Below are positions 10,592 to 23,021 of a stretch of 64,000 nucleotides of DNA, piece after piece. The stretch spans positions 1,612,001 through 1,676,000 of the forward strand of contig NC_027218.1 in NCBI RefSeq assembly GCF_000981445.1, written 5' to 3'. The stretch is from Babesia bigemina. Taxonomy: Eukaryota. The translations under genes were made by a program, and so were the position numbers. Below the pieces are notes generated by a model, which was not told where the DNA came from, searched no databases, and saw only the letters and a program-made list of their open reading frames with translations. Numbering within the stretch: the stretch's first letter is position 1; each line of letters begins with the position of its first letter.

Positions 10592-13500
10592 ATGTCGTCT
10601 GAGTGCGACGGTGTCGCCGCCAAGCCCAGGCCGGGCCACGCGGACCAGGGTTCGGAGGAGGCGGCAAAGGAGCTGGAGGACGTGACTTCCAGCGTCGTCC
10701 GCACCATGGAGGAAGTGCAGAGGAACATTTGTATGCAGGAAACCGTGCAAAGCACCCGCCAACTCGTCCACCAGGCGTTGAGTTGCACGCCGAGGGAACG
10801 TGTGGCGAAAATCAACGAGCAGTTCCACGTCATAAAGGACCTGGTCGAGTCGCAGCTGGCGGACGACGAGCTCAGGACGCAGACGTTGCAGTGTATCGAG
10901 AAGAGCATCATGTGGGAGAGGCCGGCCGATACCATCGCGGTAAGTCCGGAGGTGTCCCACGTCGCACAACGCGCAGCGGGAGATCGTGGAGCTGTGTTTC
11001 CACAGCCTCGGTACGCAGACCAGCGTGCCGCAGTATGAGGTGTGCCTGCGCATCCTGAGCAACCTGCTGGATGGTTCGCTGGTGTGCGCGGCGTCCAGCT
11101 CGTTCGACGCTCTGCTGGGGCTGTTCGCCAGGCTGATAGAGGGCGTGCCCGTGGACAACGGCGCGTCTGCGGACGACACAAACGAAGGCGAATGCAGCAA
11201 CAACGAAGAGAGAGCGCGGCGCATGCAAATGTTGTCTGGAGTGTTCGATTTGCTGATCAAGCAGAAATCGCACTCCAAGTACTTCACCAAACTCCTCCCC
11301 AAAATGGAAAAGTTCTTCGCGAGCGCCAAGATAGGTAAGCGCGCATTTGCATTTAATCGAACGCCACCGCAGAGAACGACGAGTTCCACTACGCAGTCAT
11401 CAAGGTCACCTGCCAGACGCTAAAAACTTGCGCCAACGCAACCGAGATGAACGTGAAGGACGTCGAGCTGCTTACTAGGAACGTGTTCAACGCCATAGTG
11501 GAGCTCCTGCAGCAGGCGGACTCCTACGACCGCCGCGCCGCGTTGATGGCCTGCATGGCCCTGCTCACCGGCAGCGGCCTCAACAAGACCCTGCTGGCCG
11601 AAATCACCGCGGGGGACCTGCTCTTCAGGCTCAACGAGGGCTGGCAACACGAGGCCATGGTGGGAATCTGCATCATATCGGTTTTCATAGAGTGCCTGCA
11701 CCACATGCGCGACGAGGACTTCACCGCCGTCGCGGACAACTGCCTCAGGCTGCACAACGTGTACTCCAGCACCGACGACTACCACATGCGCGAAAGGCTC
11801 ATCGCCTTACTGCACGCGTTCACGAAGAGGCTCAGGGGCGCTTACGACGATATCAACTACAACGACCTGCCCATGTTCCAAGACATTGCGGCCGTGCTCT
11901 TCCACAAGGCAACGCACGAAATACAGGCGCTCAACGCCCCCAGGGCCATGTGGAACGACGGCGCCTACGTCAAGTTCGTCAAATCGACCATGCCTGCGCT
12001 CATCAAGATGGCGGTGAACTGCGTGGCGGCCATATCAGTGGCGGAGCACGCGGAGAAGCCAAAGCCCAGCACGCCGAACAACACGCCTGTGCTCGGAATA
12101 GCCGTGCAGGACGGTGGCGACAGGTCAACCACGGTGGTAAAGGTGGAGGAGGAAAAGCTAGCAGTCGGTTCGGCGGTTGAAGACGAGCCGCAGCTGCCGC
12201 TGACCAAGCGGAAGCTGACGCAAATAGAGTCCCTGGAGATATGCAAGAGCATCTGCTCTATATTCAACGCGGGTGCGACGGCAAGGGCCGTGATGAACGA
12301 CCGAGATAAGTTGGGGGGCTCGAAGGACCACCTGCTGGATCATCGGGAGATCAAGACGTTCATCAAAATGGCGCTGAAAATGTTCGTCGGCGCATTCAGG
12401 CCCACGGCGCTGAAACAGTGGATAAAGCTCTTGATTCCGGTGGTCTTCGTCATGAGCCTCAAGGACAGGTTCGTGATCACCGTCCTGGACTGCTTCAGAA
12501 AGGGCTACGTGGAAACGTTCGCGCCGCACATGCTCACCTTCATCCTACAAGTGCTCAAGAACAAGAGCAACGTGGTGGACTACGTCAAAAAGGTGGCCGC
12601 CTACAGCGAAGGGGTCATCGGCCTTTTCTCGCTCAACGACTGGGAGCCCCGCGCCAACAAGCTGGTGGAGGAGGACGGGGAGGCGATGCTCGACCTCGCC
12701 CAGGCGATTGCAAGGCACATGTTCAAGTCGTTCTCCGACGTCCCGGAGGCCTTGACGGCCTGTCAGGTCGAAATACGGTACCTCATGACGGCCATCTCCA
12801 GGCTCAGTGTCAAGCAGACCCACCCGTACATCCCCGTGGCAACTGCCATGTTCAAGGGCATCAACAAGTTGCAGGAGCACTCGGGCGCGCTGCAGGTGCT
12901 GCGCGTGCCCATCGAGACCATCGTGCGCAAAGTCGTCAAGGGCGGGGCGCACGCGCACCGGGACTGGCTGAAGCTCATGATGGCAACCGTCGCCAGGGGG
13001 CCGTTCAAGTCGGAAGTGGCGACCATGTGCGCCAAGCCCGTGCTGTGCATACTGCGGGATTTCAAGTGGGACCTGGTGCCGGACGTGCTGGAAATGCTGG
13101 ACTCGTGGGCGGAGAACCTCCCGCCGGAGGAATTCTACAGCCTACTGGCGCCGGTCACCATATACAAAACCTGCACGGTCAAACCGCACTTCATCGAATG
13201 CCTCAGCAAGTACCTGCAGGACGAAACGCTGCCCCGCTTCAGGCAAAATGCGCGGCTAATCATGCACATGCTTTCCAAGATCGGGTCGTACGCGATTAAG
13301 TATACCAGAGACCTGCCTCTCACGCGCGACATACCACACGCCATCGCCGTGCCAGTAGAGACGTATCAACTGGGAATGGACGACGGTGACGATGAGCTGT
13401 CAACCGATATACCATTGTCCCGACTCAGCTCGGACGACTCCACCTCCGGCATGACGGACTACACCGCGGTGTCGGATGAGAAGGCAGATGCCACCCCAAA

Positions 13501-16500
13501 GGAAAGCGTAGACACCTTCGACTTCGAAAGCAACTACTCACGATCGGGTTCCGACTTGAACGACATGTCCGAGGATAGAAAGGCGACGAGCGTCGTTGCG
13601 CTCGGTATTCCTGTGCTGGATGGGCTAAAGAGCGTGATACGGCAGGTGTCGAGGCCAGGTCTGAACGAAACTGAGTTCGAAGGAGCCGCGGTGTTTGTAC
13701 TCAACGCAATTACGCCGATGATGGACTTCTCAGTATCGCTTTCGGAGTGTGGTCTGAAGATAGCGGGCATGGTAGCCGGGAACCAATCTAGTGAGGGCGA
13801 AGGCACCAAGTACCATAACATGGAAGCGACGAAGGAATTTGTGTTTACCATGATGCATGCAATGGTTAAGGCGGGCGCGGTGGGTAGACGCCGCTTTTCG
13901 GAGTCGCAGGCCTATCGTGAGCTCGGAATGCTGATGGATGCGCTCGTAGGGCACATAGTTATCGTGGCCAAGACGCACGTCAAAACCACTGCGGACGTTT
14001 GCGTTGACCCTGGTTTGGTGGTGCAGGGAGTCGCAAACAGGCTCCTGGCCGCTCGCGAAGAGACCGGATACAACTTTGGGATGCCATGCGAACACGTGGA
14101 CCCTTTGGAAGTGGAGGTTGCAACGGAGTTCCTGAGGAGTGTGTTCACCGAGGCGCAGACCAACCAGTGTGGCAAATTGTGCGAGACCATCATCACGATG
14201 CTGTGCCTGGGGTGCAATTCGTACGACTCCGACCAGAAAGTTGGCGCGTGTTTGGCACTGGGGAAGATATGCGAAGATCATCCAAACGTTGTGCAGCCTC
14301 TGGTGCTGGATGTTGCCAACTGCGTTGCGCAGCTCAGCGACGGTGACGCCGTGGCTGTACAGGCCATGCGTAAAGCCCTGGAGGCGCTCCACGTGGCCGA
14401 TGAGGCCGCCGTAATACAGTGGGCAGCCTCGCTGCTCGAGCATCCAGCGTGGTACCTTCGGTCAGCCGGGCTGGTGTGCCTCAGGGCAGCAACCAACACG
14501 CAAGAGGTAGCGGATAAGCTGCAGAAAATAATCTCCGTTGCGCGTGAACTGCAAACCCCAGATGTGCAGTTGTTCCTAGCGACCATGGAAAATGGCGACG
14601 TCTCCTTGCTACAAGTGGCTATGGGTAACCTGCAGGTCTATGTCCAGTCCATAAATGACGGAGAGGAAGCTGACCCCGAATTCAGCGCACAGGTCGATGC
14701 TTACATCGAAGCACTCGGGGTGCTGCTGACAAGCGAAGAGTACGCTAAGATGGCAGAGGAGCTGGAGGACACCTTCAACCTCATCCTTGTCTGGTTCTTG
14801 AAGCTTATGATAACGGGGGGGCCGGATGTTGCGGAAAAGGTCAAAAAGGTGCTGACAAACTCGAAGAACGCTATCGTTCGCCCCAGGACACTCTCCATGG
14901 CGCTGGAGGAATATATTTTCCAGCTGCAGACTATATTCGACGACGGGCTGCTTGAAAGGATACTGGATGTCCTCAAACCGTACAAGGATGTGGTTGACGA
15001 CGGGCTTCGGGAATCGCTGTTTAACGTTGCCAAGGCCCTGATAGAGGGCACGCTTAACTCCTCCATCAACGACGAGCACCAAAATGCGCAGTTCATCGAT
15101 TACATGATTTTCATAGCCAGCATAGGCGCGGGCAGGTCGTGCGCGGATGTCATTTTCAACCAGTGGTTCAACACGATCGACTGTCTCAGGAAGGGCGTGT
15201 TTATACCGGGTTCGGTAGCGTACGGCATATGGCAGGTCCTCCACCACGACGGCGTGGTGTACAACCTGTTCAACAACACCATGAAGATGGAGTGCCTGAG
15301 CTTCTTCTACTTCGTCAGCGGCAAGTCTGACGTCGAGTACGTGCTTCGGAACGCCTTGGGCTCGTTAGACTCTGGAAATGACATTCCGAACCTGTTCTAC
15401 GTGTCTCTGATACACTGGCTTTGCAAAATTGATGCCAAACAGGTTACAGACTACAAGCACTTCAAGAAGCTGGCAGACGCGATGCTGCGTATCGCTTGCA
15501 GCAGCAACAAGCAACTTGACGACCTCCTCAGTCCGCCGTTCGAGCTCGATAACGGCCGTCTGGTCCGGTGGAAGGTTGCGTATGTGTGCGCAGCCGTGTT
15601 GATCAAGGTGTTGCCGATTTCGACACTGCGTGAAAAGATTAACGACATAATGAGCCACAAGCAACGGGAAGAAGAGATGTCCAAACTAGACGAGTTCCTT
15701 TCCGACGGGTTCCTGAATTGCTACGTATCCGGAAGAGATGCTTGCATCGCTAACCCGATAATCGGCGGAAATATATTTGAAATGCGCAATTATCAGCTGA
15801 AACACCTCATTGGGATGCTCAGCAAAGAAACGCGCAGCCAATTAGGACCCGTCGTTGAAGAGATTGTCGAGTTATGTTGGCAATCGTCGGAGGACGGTGA
15901 CGCAATGGGGAAGCTGCTGGCCGTAATATGCCTGTCCAAGCTGGTAGAAGTGAACGATACACCTGCAGTTGGCGCAGCAGCGGTGCTCAAGAGGTATCTG
16001 GATGTGATGGCGACAGAGGGTGTTTATGTGTTTTTGAATATGCACCACACGGTACAGCTGAGGTGCTCCGGTGATGAGGATGGGCGTTCTTACACACTCC
16101 TGCAACTGCTCAGGGAGTCAGCAACGATATTGGTAAAGGCGCTATTTGGCATATCTGTACCAGCGGATGTCGGCAAGACGATCAAAGACATCAATGTCAC
16201 AAGCACCCATAGACTGCCGCTATGGAAATGGTTGCTGCTGTCAAAGATAAAAGAAGTCGCAGAAAAGCCTAGGCTCATGATTCCGTTTATGGCGGCATTT
16301 GTCTTGCATTTGCACCAGGATGCCACATTGTTCGAGGATGCCATTGCCGAAGTTATACGGGTAGTTCACTCCGACGTCCACGCGTCATCCAACGTGGTGC
16401 AGGGCGGGGCGTTGGACGCCTTTTTCGGATCCGTGGCAGTTGCCGTAGAACATGGGCTCGACATGGAGATCGAGTTCGTGCAGCAAGCTTGCGTGGACGT

Positions 16501-19500
16501 GCTGGTGGTTTGCTTGGGGTCGGATGCCGCTTCTGTCGCTGACTTCGCACCCTACGTAACACTGGTGGTCGATCTCCTCGGGAAGACGCAAAGGTACGAT
16601 TTGCTGAGTAATGCGCTCAAGGAGGTTTATAATACCAATCAGAGCGATGCCCACTATCCGTTCAACCAATGCCACTTGCGTGATAACGATACCTTCTGCC
16701 TTCACCCGGGCGTAGGTACCTCCTATCGCCCACACGGAGCGCCGGAGTCCAGCGTAGCGGCGTACGTGAGAAGTACAGACCAGCTGACGCGTATAAAGGC
16801 CAGAAGTGTGACCAACTGTAGTATTGTGCTTCTGGATATACTCGACCGCATGCTGGATCAAACCATTCCACGGCCGAGCGCAGCCGATCATATCACTGAG
16901 GTATTGTCTTCGGTTTGGACGCTGAAAAACGCCAGAGTTGTTGAACTCATCGAGTCCTGCATTTATAAAATGTGTTATCTATTCAAAGATGGATTTATAG
17001 GAATCAAACCGCCGAATTCGACGCTTCTACCACAACAGGAAGACGCGGAAAGCAAATCACCAGTTGACAACAATAACGATGCTTTGGGGCCTACGGAACT
17101 GTTGAACACGGTGAATGCGCAGTCAGAAGAGACAGATGGCACCACTGCCACTAAGGCGCCGGTCAACTGCTTCCCGCTGTGGCTGGTGAGCAAAATAGTG
17201 ACAGAAATGCAGGAAGCCAGGAAGGACGTTCCAGACAAGTTGGAAACTGAGGAAGAGGATGATACGGTGCCTTACGTGGAATGCTATTATCTACAGACAA
17301 CAGCCGTGGATTACGTTCACAGCCCCAAGTCGCTGTTGACGAGTGGCAAAGAGTCTCCGCAGTATTCGTCATCATTCTCACGCAGCGAGTCCACCAATCT
17401 CCATGATTCGTGGGCGGAGGACAGAACGGCATCTGATTGTGATGTGGGATCGAGCTTTTCTAACGCCATCAGAGCGTTGGTGTCGTTGATCACGGTGCTG
17501 AGCGCAGATCGCAGCCTTTTGCGCCAGGCCATCAAATACGTTATGCCAGAGTTTGTAGAAACGCTACACTACACGCTGTTGCATCTCGAGGACATAGACG
17601 ATTTTGCTCTTGGAAGACTACGGTTGTGCACCAACGTGTACTCCTTACCGCATGACGCACTGCAACAAGAGGAGCCGGCAGTCAGTGATGCCAACGAGAG
17701 CAGGAAACTGGAGAACCTTGTGAGCACCGCCATCTGGGCGATTCCGATCGTCGATGTTGCTGTTAAGCGGAAGATTCATGAAGTTGCAGCGTTTTTCACA
17801 CAAACGCTTCTCCATCCCTACAACCACGTCCTTATCAAGGTGGCAAAGGAAATGTCAGAGCAAACGCATACGAATGACACCCCTGTGAATGAATCAAGGC
17901 ATTCAGAAAGCACGCCGGTTGCCAAAAGTGCTCCGAACACGCCCAAATCACGTGGGTCAGGTCGTGAAAAGCCGATGGACCGTTTTGTGACAAAAATTGC
18001 AAGGAGTTCCACTCGCAAGGTTGCCAAGGTCCAGGACGAGAGTTCCAAAGCGGTGGGTAAAGATCTCAGATTTGACGCAAAGGGTGAAATGACTGGTGAC
18101 TATCCAGCAGCCGCCAGCCCAGCTCGCACAGTTTTTACCAAGGGTGCGATAGCGCTATGCCAATTCAATCTGCCACCCCGCGATAACCTGAAACAGGTGG
18201 AGCTCAAAAACTGGATCAAGGGTGCGCAAAAGGCGTATCCTAAACAGCTCTTAGAAAAGGGTGACTGCATCGATGTCGGTATGACATATCATGCGTTGGC
18301 GCAGCATGTGAAACGTAATGTGTTTGCGTCCGTTGAATATGACTCTGTGCTTTCCAAATTGAGGGGCATGTATACCGAAAACAGTTGCAGGGAAATACTG
18401 GACCTCGAATTCATATACACGTTGCGCCATCTATCCCACCATGCGACGCTCTCTGGGACGTATTACGAAATCATGCTCACTTGTCTGGACCGACCCCGCC
18501 ATGATGCTCTCCGCATTAGGAAACAGATGTTGGCATACCTGTTGTGCTTAGAAAACAAGCGTGATGTGTTCCTGGACATTTTCGACGAGTTTGAAATCCC
18601 CCAAGACCTCTGCTCCATTCTCAAGTACGTGTTATCGCCCGAAATTGGCGGCAACAGAGACAACGAGTACTACATACCGCTGTATCTCGATTTCATATTC
18701 ACGTTGTCATTGGACAGCTGGGACCTGTCATTCTCAGACGAGTATCCGGTGCTACCTACCCTGATGCCCAGAGACACAACTGTAAATCCGACCCAAATGG
18801 AGCTCGTGTGCTCGGAGGAGTACAAGGACACGTTTAAAAGCAGTGTTGCGCTTATCAGGGATTTCAGGCAAATGGGTGCGGCCACAAATAAAACGGAAGA
18901 AAGTGAATCGGAGCCGACGACTCTTGCCTTCCCAGTAGTCGAAAATCTGCTGAACATGTGCAGCTCCATGCTGGTGAAAATGCATGAGTACAACACCGTG
19001 TACTTCGAAAGTGTCTCGTCGATGTCGCGGTTTAAAACTTGCTTGAGGATTATGTGGCACTCTGACGAAGAGTTTGCATCGCAGGTATGGACGACCATCT
19101 TCCCCCAAATATTCGACACTTTCACCGCCTTCCAGCAAGAAGACGTGGGTAAAGATGTGTGCAGGTATTTGTGTAGAGAGGAGCACCTTTACAACAGGAG
19201 TAATACGTGCAAAACCGTGTTGCAGGGCGCCATTAACTGCTACCCTCCCATCAACATCCCACCTGAGGTGCTCAAGTACCTGGCCGTCACCACAGGTTCG
19301 TGGTACGAGTCACTCTACCATCTGGAAAAGCAGCTGCTATCGCAGCCTTTAGATATCACCAGGATGGCAACGGTGATGTCGGACGTCTATGAGAGCCTCA
19401 ACATGAGCGATATGGCTATAGGGGCCTATCGTACATGGGTGATTACGCAGGAGACCCGTCTGGCGATTTGCTTCCTACAACATGCAAAGTGGAAGCAGGC

Positions 19501-22500
19501 GCAGCGCGAATTCAACGCCATTATGGAATCGTTGGCTGTGACGGGGCAGACGGCTGAGGCTGTGTCGAGTTTCGACGAGTCGAAACTATGGTACAGCGGG
19601 TGGGTGCAGGCAAGCAAGCAACTGGGTGAATGGGATCTTCTACGTGACGTGTCTTTCGTTGCTGGGGACCAAAACGTGTTCATGCAATCCAGCAGCGCAT
19701 TGCAGGAGTGGGGAGAGGTTTTGCCGGAGGACGGCCTGGATAGCTTAAGCAGGATATTCGCATTGGACAACGCTGAATGCACGATCAATAAAGTATACCA
19801 GCAGCTGCAGAATGACATCCTGCCTCTCAGGGAGGTTGATCATGGAATCACGCCAACATTCACGTTGAATTGTGCACGAAGAGCCGATAAAATGGTTAAA
19901 TACGGCAAGAACACGTTGTTGGATTCATGGCTACTCCTGCCCAAGGGACTGTGCGAAGCTCACAGGGTGCCTATTAGGCAGCACCAGCGCTTTGTGGAAA
20001 TTGGAGAGGGTATGAAGTATCTGACGGATATCATGAGGAACGTGCATGCTGGCAAGGTGCCAGAATCTGCACCCATAGTCTCACAGTGGCGTAAGAGGCT
20101 GCCATTGGCCAGCGACATGCCGTCCGTGTGGCATGAAATGTTGGCCTGGAGGACATTCCTATTCTCAACGGTGAAGTCCATTTTGGCCAATAGCCACACT
20201 GTACCGAAGGATGCTAAGATAACTGGGATGCTCAATCTGCAGGACCTGCAGTGGACACTAACGAAGTTCGCCTCCATAACGCGTAAATCGCACCAGCTGC
20301 CGCTGGTGGCGGCAGTCCTACTGAACAAGGCGCACACATTCCACAGGGAGATAATGGACCAGAACAACACGGTCACCGAGGATTGCCTGGTTATCATGAT
20401 TGAACGCATAAAGCAGTACCTGTCCATACCGGTAAATGTCCATGACATGCTGAAGGGGGTTGTTACGGTAGACCTCGATCTCGTGCCGGGGTTGGGTTGT
20501 GAGACACTCAAGTCACACGTCATCCGACTCATGGCAGACGCAATCAATCGCAAAGCAGCTTTAGAAGTGCCGAAGAGGCCGAACAATACGGATAACGAAT
20601 TGGCGGCAAACTTCATGATGGACGCTCTCAAGCTTGAACCGATGCTCTCCAAAAATTGGATAGCTTGGGCAAAGTACAACGATAAGCGCATTGATCGTTC
20701 GGCTGTGCAACAATGGAAGTCAGGTGAAGGAACATTCCCAGTGGAACTTTATGAGAGCGCCATCATGGGATACCTGACGGCGGTATCGATACGCCCACAC
20801 AACCACTGGCTCCTGATAGGACGCGTACTCACGCTCATCAATGAGATCAAGTTCATATCTCAGAATAAGTCTTGTATTGAGACATTCAAGAAATACAGTG
20901 AGCGTGTTCCCGTCCTAGTGTGGTTGTCGTGGCTGCCGCAGCTCATCTCGGGACTCAACAGACTAGATGACGGAGAAATGCAGCACGTCCTACAGATGCT
21001 TATGCACCGGTTGCCCCAGCAGGTGTTCTACGCTCTCAGATGTGAATACTTCTCTCAAAATTCGAACGGAGATAGCGAAAACGGCGCGGAGGTGACTGAA
21101 CCCGCAACCATGAAACGCATCCTGAGCAACCTCATCGCATCAAACCCAAATGTTGGAACAATGCTGGAATCATTTGCTGCCACTGTGACGCATATGGGAA
21201 GGCCGGATTTCGTAGACGAGATACTGTCTGCCACGGAAACCGCGTTCGAGGAGTGCCTCGACCTGCCGTTCAACGAAAAACTGCCGCCGCATGTTTTCAA
21301 TTACTTGGCACTTAAGATGCCGCAACGATCGCCGGGGACGATTGAAACAGGGGAACCGGACTCGCAGCTAGTGCAAATGATGAAACAATTTGACAAGCAC
21401 TTCAGCGATGCCAACTCCACACTGAACTGCGGCGAGACGATGAACTTGTTGCTCAATTGGATGACGATGCTGCACGAGGCCTCGAGAACATCGCAAAACG
21501 ACGTTGTGCAGCAGCAAATGAATAACATGAGGGTACACCAGTTTTGCCAACATCTGCAAATGCTGAACATGGAGCTGCAACTGCCAACAATACGACCCAG
21601 CCACGCTCTGTTGAACCCCAAACAGAGAGACTGTGTAGGAGAATGCATGAATGTAGTGGCGTTATTGCCTGAGGTGAAGAAGCGGCGGCGGGGTGTCCAC
21701 GTCGTGAAGTCCATCTCCATGCTCGCACAAAATGGGCAAGTGTACGTGTACACCGTACAGCCCCTCCCGCTAGTGAGGCAAAAGTCCGACCAACATATCA
21801 GCCAGATGTTGAAACTGTTCAACCACTACTGTATGAGGTACAACGAAACGCGCAGAAGGGATGTGTTCATACCGGTTGTGAACGTGGTATCCCTCGACCC
21901 CTACCTTTGCCTTTACGAGGAGGACGAGCACGATGAAACGCTCTCTACAATCTTCTCAGAATCAGTTTCGTATCGCAACTTCGTCGTAGAACGTCCTGAG
22001 TACAAGAAATTCATGAACACGCACCCGTCGATGTACCATGAGACAAACATGTTGCTGCTGGTGCTACATAAGATGATGATGGAGACGGGGGTGACGCAGC
22101 AACTGCTGGAACGCTGGAAACATTTCAACCCTGATTGCAAAGACAACCTCTCCTTCACGCAGGTGTATCAGATGTTCAAGGATAAACAGTATCCGTGGTT
22201 CACCACCTGGTACAAAAAAATCCACCAGGATGTTCTCATGGATGCCTACAGCGATCTCTGTGCGCTCGTACCTGATGACATCCTCCTCAAGTACGCCATG
22301 AGCCGGTTCGACAACTACCAGGATTTCATGACGCTAAGGCAAAGATTTACGAGCAACTACGCGATACAGGCGCTACTCGGGCTCATGTTCGTAACCCCGT
22401 ACGCCACGCCTTGCAAACTGAGCGTGAACTTCAGCACCGGGCAGCTCAAGCAGTTGGATTTCAGACTCAACTACTCGCGAGAAATATTCGTGGAGTACTC

Positions 22501-22969
22501 CAAGCTGCGGGTCTTCAGGTTCACCCGCAACATCAAAACTATGATCGGACCGGTCTGCCGCATGGGAATCATGCCAGCGGTGATGTACGCCATATGCGCC
22601 GCCATACACTCGTACAAGATCGACATCTTGGGATCCCTGAGTGCCATACTCAGCGACGACTTCGGCCTCTTCCACACTGGCCCCAACTCGCCGAACAACA
22701 AACCAGATAACCAGGCCAACCAAGCCTCCAGCCAGAGCTCCAACGGCGAGTCGAAGCCCGCTACGCCGGCAATGGCGCCCAATCGCGAAATCAGCCAACT
22801 GGAGGAGTACATTGGGCGCGTGCTCAACTACTGCTCCTACCTCAGGTCGCCCACGGACCAGGAGCAGTGCAACATGCCCATCAACAACATCATCACGTGC
22901 ATCATCGACGCGTCAGCCGACTCCAGCACGCTGGGTAAGCTGAAAACCAGCTACCAGCCGTGGTTCTAG
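10592..22969 (+). CDS. TRA1: Tra1/TRRAP-like PIKK pseudokinase (~4100 aa), 3 exons
   Basis: Two upstream exons splice in frame (introns ~10940-10976 and ~11335-11372) into the 3840-aa ORF. Helical repeats, FAT-like region (W..RLP, WLSWLPQLISGL), kinase-like FRFTRNI, and FATC-like tail ...YQPWF. The catalytic DRH is absent. Confidence 0.85.
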
Positions 22970-23021
22970 CGTATCTATACAGAACAAACGTACAATACTC
23001 TGCGACATTAACATCACTGCA

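Noticed and set aside
11447..22969. Active TOR/ATR/ATM kinase
   Set aside because: The catalytic DRH..N and DFG motifs are not preserved.
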